In this document: positions 53,687 to 64,000 of the stretch, piece after piece
Layout: each line of letters starts with the position of its first letter
How positions within the stretch are numbered: position 1 is the first letter of the stretch
NCBI RefSeq assembly: GCF_009914755.1
Contig: NC_060935.1
DNA from: the human T2T-CHM13v2.0 reference genome, Homo sapiens
DNA: 64,000 bases
Reading direction: 5' to 3' (one strand)
The notes under the pieces: model-generated
Told to the model about the DNA's origin: nothing
The model's database searches: none
Seen by the model: the letters and a program-made list of their open reading frames with translations, nothing else
Made by a program: the position numbers and the translations under genes

Positions 53687-54311
53687 CAAACTCAATTTTT
53701 GTTTCTTTGCTTGCTTACTTATTCATTTGTCTGAAAATGTTTTTATTTGGGCTTCAATCTTAAAAGATATTTTATCTCGATGCAGAAGTCTAGGTTGGGA
53801 GTTATTTTCTTTCCAACCACAATGCCAATCCCCTGTCCTCTGACTCTCATTGCTGTTAGGAAGCCAGCTTTCTATCTAACTGCCTTTTGCTTTTGAAAGT
53901 GAGCTGAATTTTTTTTAGTGTTACTTAGTTCTACTAATCATGTGTTGTGATATGGATTTCTTTTTATTCATCTTTCTTGAAATTCATTGTTTATTGAATT
54001 TGTAGATTAGTGCCTTTCATCAATTCTGAAAAATTCTTAGCCATAATCTTGTAAAATATTGCATCTACCCCATTCTCTCTTTTCTCTCATTCTAGAATTA
54101 CAAGTAAATATTATATGTTTTCACTCTATCTTCCATGTCTCTTTAGCATTTCCTTGATATTTTTCATCTTTATATCTGTTTATGCTTCATTCTATGTGAT
54201 TTCTTTTCATCTCTTCATGTATGTCTAATTTACTTTTCTACCTATCCATTGAGTTTTTGTTTTAAATATTTTCTTGTATTTTTTATTTTATATATAAAAT
54301 TACATATCTTA

Positions 54312-54600
54312 GGTCAGGTGCGTTGGTTCATCCTGTAATCTCAGCACTTTGGGAGGCTGAGGCAGGTGGATTGCTTGAGCCCAGGAGCTTCAGACCAGCC
54401 TGGGCAAAATGGTGAAACCCAGTCTCTACAAAAAGTACAAAAATTAGCTGGGCATGGTGACGCATGCCTGTGATCCCAACTACATGAGAGGCTGAGGTGG
54501 GAGGATGGCTTGAGCCCAGTAGGTGGAAGTTGCAGTGAGTTAAGATTGTGCCACTGTCCTCCAGCCTAGGCGACAGAGCAAAACTCTTTTTCAAAAGAAA
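54312..54600 (+). mobile_element. AluJ
   Basis: Sense dimeric Alu. Confidence 0.88.
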
Positions 54601-54825
54601 TTATATATATTTAATTTCTATATATTTGATTGTTCATTGTGTACATTTAAAAATTATATATTTTATTTCTAAAAGTTGGATATAGTCTTTTTCAAATCTG
54701 CTCTGTCTTAAGGTTTTCTATTTCCTGCAGACATTTTCAAGTTTATCTGTTACTGCTTTAAGCAAAGTAAACATAGCTGTTTTATACTTGTGTATGACAA
54801 TTCTAGTAACTAAAGTCTTGATAGG

Positions 54826-61313
<6,488 letters not shown>

Positions 61314-61863
61314 CTTTCTGCTAATCTTTAGAGTCAATAACCATTCATTGTTGAGCACATACTTATGTGGTAGGCCCTGTGCCAGGTTCTTTCATTTATT
61401 AAAAATATTCAGCAAATTGCAGTTCCAGATTGTACCTGGCACTGTACTAGGTTGAAGATAATTATGCCTTCAAGAATCTCATATGCTATTAGGTGGTATC
61501 ACATACATTACATCATTTAACTCACATAAAATCCCGTGAAGTAGATATTGTATCTCCATGGCCTCTACTTTCTTATCTGCAAAAAAAAGAAACAATATCT
61601 CTTAAGGCTACTATGAGAATTAAATAAGATAATGACTGTGAACATGGTACTTGCTCTCAAGTTCAGTGCTCCTCCCACAGTACCACACCTGCCAGTACCA
61701 GCATTTTCTGTTTGCTTCCTTCTGCCCCTTCATTATTCATATACCATTTTGAATTTCCACCTGCTTTATAGTTGTAATATCTTTACTCAATTTCAATTCC
61801 TCACTTTCACCATGACCTTTCCCCTGTCTTTCTCCCTCTGTTAAAATTTGAGCTTTCTGTTGT

Positions 61864-62742
61864 CTCTTCTCTAGCCACCCAAGATGCTAAAACAAAATAA
61901 GACCAAGGGGAAGAAGATGGCTGGGGCCCCTGCTGTCATGAAGAAGCAAGAAGCCAAGAAAGTGGTGAATCTCCCCTGTTTGAGAAAAGGCCTAAGAATT
62001 TTAGCACTGGACAGGACATCCACCCCAAAGGGATCTCACTCACTTTGTCAAATGGCCTCATTATATTAGGTTGCAGCAGCAAAGAACTATCCTCTGTAGG
62101 TCACTGGAAGTGCCTCTTGTGATTAACCAGTTTACCCAGGCCTTGGACCTCCTAACAGCTGCTCAGCTTCTTAAGCTGGCCCACGAGTACAGACCAGTGA
62201 CAAAGCAAGAGAAGAAGCAGGAATTGTTGGCCCATGCTGACAGGAATGCTGCCAGCAATGGAGACATCCCCACTAAGAGTTCACCTGTCCTTCAAGCAGG
62301 GGTTAATACTGTCACCAACTCAATGGTGAACAAGAAGTCTCAGCTGGTGCTGACTGCACAAGATATGGATCCCATCAAGCTGGTTGTCTTCCTGCCAGCC
62401 CTGTGTTGTAAAATGGGGGTCCCTTACTGTGTTATCAAAGAGAAGGCAAGGCCGGGAAGTTTAGTCCACAGGAGGACCTGCATCATTGTCACCTTCACAC
62501 AGGTTAAATGGAAAAAACAAGGAGCTTTAGCTAAACTTTGGGAGCTTCAGGATCAATTACAATGACAGATATAATGAGATCCACCATCAATGGGGAGGCA
62601 ACATCCTGGGTCCAAAATCTGTGGCTTACAATGCCAAGCCAGAAAAGACAAAGGCTAAAAAACATGCCACTAAGCTTAGTTAAATGCACACTGTTGAGTT
62701 TTCTGTACAGAAAGATAATAAAAAATTCTCCTTCAGCCAAAA
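61864..62742 (+). pseudogene. Ribosomal protein L7a (RPL7A) processed pseudogene
   Basis: Intronless; translated fragments (KGKKMAGAPAVMKKQEAKKVVN; INQFTQALD...[18 protein letters not shown]) match RPL7A; frameshifts near 61970 and 62540; pyrimidine 5' leader; AATAAA ~62717; imperfect TSD AAAATTTGAGCTTTCT (61843-61858) / AGAATTCAAGCTTTCT (62743-62758). Confidence 0.95.
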
Positions 62743-62846
62743 AGAATTCAAGCTTTCTTTTCTGACCTCTTATGCCCTACATCCCCACCCAATTGAAAGT
62801 ATTTTTTTGAAAGAATGCCTTACTACTGATACAGTGTCAATTGGTG

Positions 62847-63194
62847 CTATGATTTGAATGTGTTTCCTCCAAAATTCAGGTGTTGCCAATGTGATAGTAT
62901 TAAGAGGTGGGATCTGTAGGAGGTGATTAGGCCATGGGGTTCCTCCCTCATCAATAGAATTAAGGCACATATAAAAGAGGCTTCACGTAGCATTTAGCTA
63001 GCTTTCCAACTTGTCCTTTCATCATGTGAGGATGCAGCAAAAAGGCCCTCACCAGAAACCAGATGTGAGCACCTTGATCTTGGACTTACCAGCCTCCAGA
63101 AGTATGAGAAATGTATTTTATTTTATTTATCATAGATATAAATTACCTAGTCTCAGATTTTTTTTGTTACGGCAGCCCAAAATGGATTAAGACA
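62847..63194 (+). mobile_element. MaLR solo LTR (MST/MLT1-like)
   Basis: TGCTATGATTTGAATGTG start; CCAGCCTCCAGAAGTATGAGAAAT; ...GGATTAAGACA end. Confidence 0.75.
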
Positions 63195-63547
63195 ATGAGA
63201 ATGTAATTGGTATTAATTATGTGGAAAATAAATTGGCATTATTTATGAAAATTTTAAATTGATGTGCTCTTTTAAAAGCAGCAATCCCACTTCCAGGAAT
63301 TTATCTCACAAATACACTCATATATGAGAAAGTATAAAAGAAAAATATTCCATAAAGCATTGTTTGCAATAGCAAAATAGTAAAACAAATATCTGTCAAG
63401 ATACACAAATAATTTAGTATGCATAGAATATTACTGGAAGAATATAAAAAATGATTTAAAAATTAGAGATAGTGTATATAGTATTTTTATAAATACATAA
63501 GTATATTTCATAAGTTTATAATATTTTAAAAACTAGTCACCTTCAAA

Positions 63548-63930
63548 GCCAAATGTGGTGGAATGCACCCATAATCCCAGCTACCTGGGAGGCTGAGGCA
63601 AGAGGATCACTTGAGCTCAGGAGTTTGGAGGCTTGGGCACATAGCAAGACCCTGTCTCCAAAAAAAAAGAAAAAAAAAAACTGAGCCCAGGAGTTCAAGA
63701 CTGGCCTGGACAAGATGGCAAGACCCCATCTCTACAAAAAATGAAAATGAAAATGTTAGCCAGGCACAATTGCACAAGTCTTTAATCTCAGCTACTTGAG
63801 AGGCTGAGGCAGGAGGATCCCTTGAGCCCAAGAGTTCGATATGGCAGTGAGCTATGATCATGCCACTGCACTTCTGCCTGGGTGACAAAATAAGACCTCA
63901 TCTCTTAAAAAAAACAAGGCAAAACAAAAA
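63548..63930 (+). mobile_element. Two adjacent partial Alus (J/FLAM type)
   Basis: Monomer 63548-63680 with A-tail followed by a 5'-truncated AluJ. Confidence 0.8.
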
Positions 63931-64000
63931 CCTGACATTTAATATTTTTCACGGTTTTGAACAATTAAAAAAACACTAATCACCTTCAGATAATGATAGA

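Larger units (their letters stand above)
52330..54820 (-). mobile_element. Highly degenerate L1M fragments
   Basis: T-rich sequence with L1-like phrases (ORF1/ORF2 junction-like); boundaries approximate. Confidence 0.5.

Noticed and set aside
62071-62565. Functional RPL7A retrogene
   Set aside because: Two frameshifts, many substitutions, and the 164-aa frame starts at a TTG.

Overview
Human (primate) genomic DNA at the PRCP/DDIAS locus, recognised from the encoded proteins. A CpG-island bidirectional promoter (~4.6-6.45 kb) separates PRCP coding exon 1 (minus strand, 4695-4862; intron 1 runs off the left edge) from the complete DDIAS (noxin/C11orf82) gene on the plus strand. DDIAS has a non-coding exon 1, a probable 100-nt Alu-derived 5'UTR exon, and four coding exons (19199-19311, 33238-33399, 34618-34735, 36193-38796) that join into a 998-aa ORF, with AATAAA at 39098. 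The rest is mostly transposable elements: over 20 Alus, a near-full-length Tigger1, near-full-length L1PB- and L1PA-type LINEs, an old L1M carrying nested MST, MER52 and complete THE1 insertions, MER41 and MLT2 LTRs, plus an RPL7A processed pseudogene. Most interesting signals: (1) two strong-Kozak uORFs in the exonised Alu ahead of a weak DDIAS start codon; (2) a possible L1 antisense-promoter/ORF0 to RPL7A-retrocopy chimeric transcription unit; (3) inverted AluY pair around an in-frame-skippable zinc-finger exon; (4) a 38-bp copy of DDIAS coding sequence ~1 kb downstream; (5) a tiny L1 insertion with a 3' transduction; (6) convergent CTCF motifs; (7) candidate TOPBP1-binding motifs in DDIAS. 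Repeat subfamily names and most repeat boundaries come from visual recognition and are approximate.
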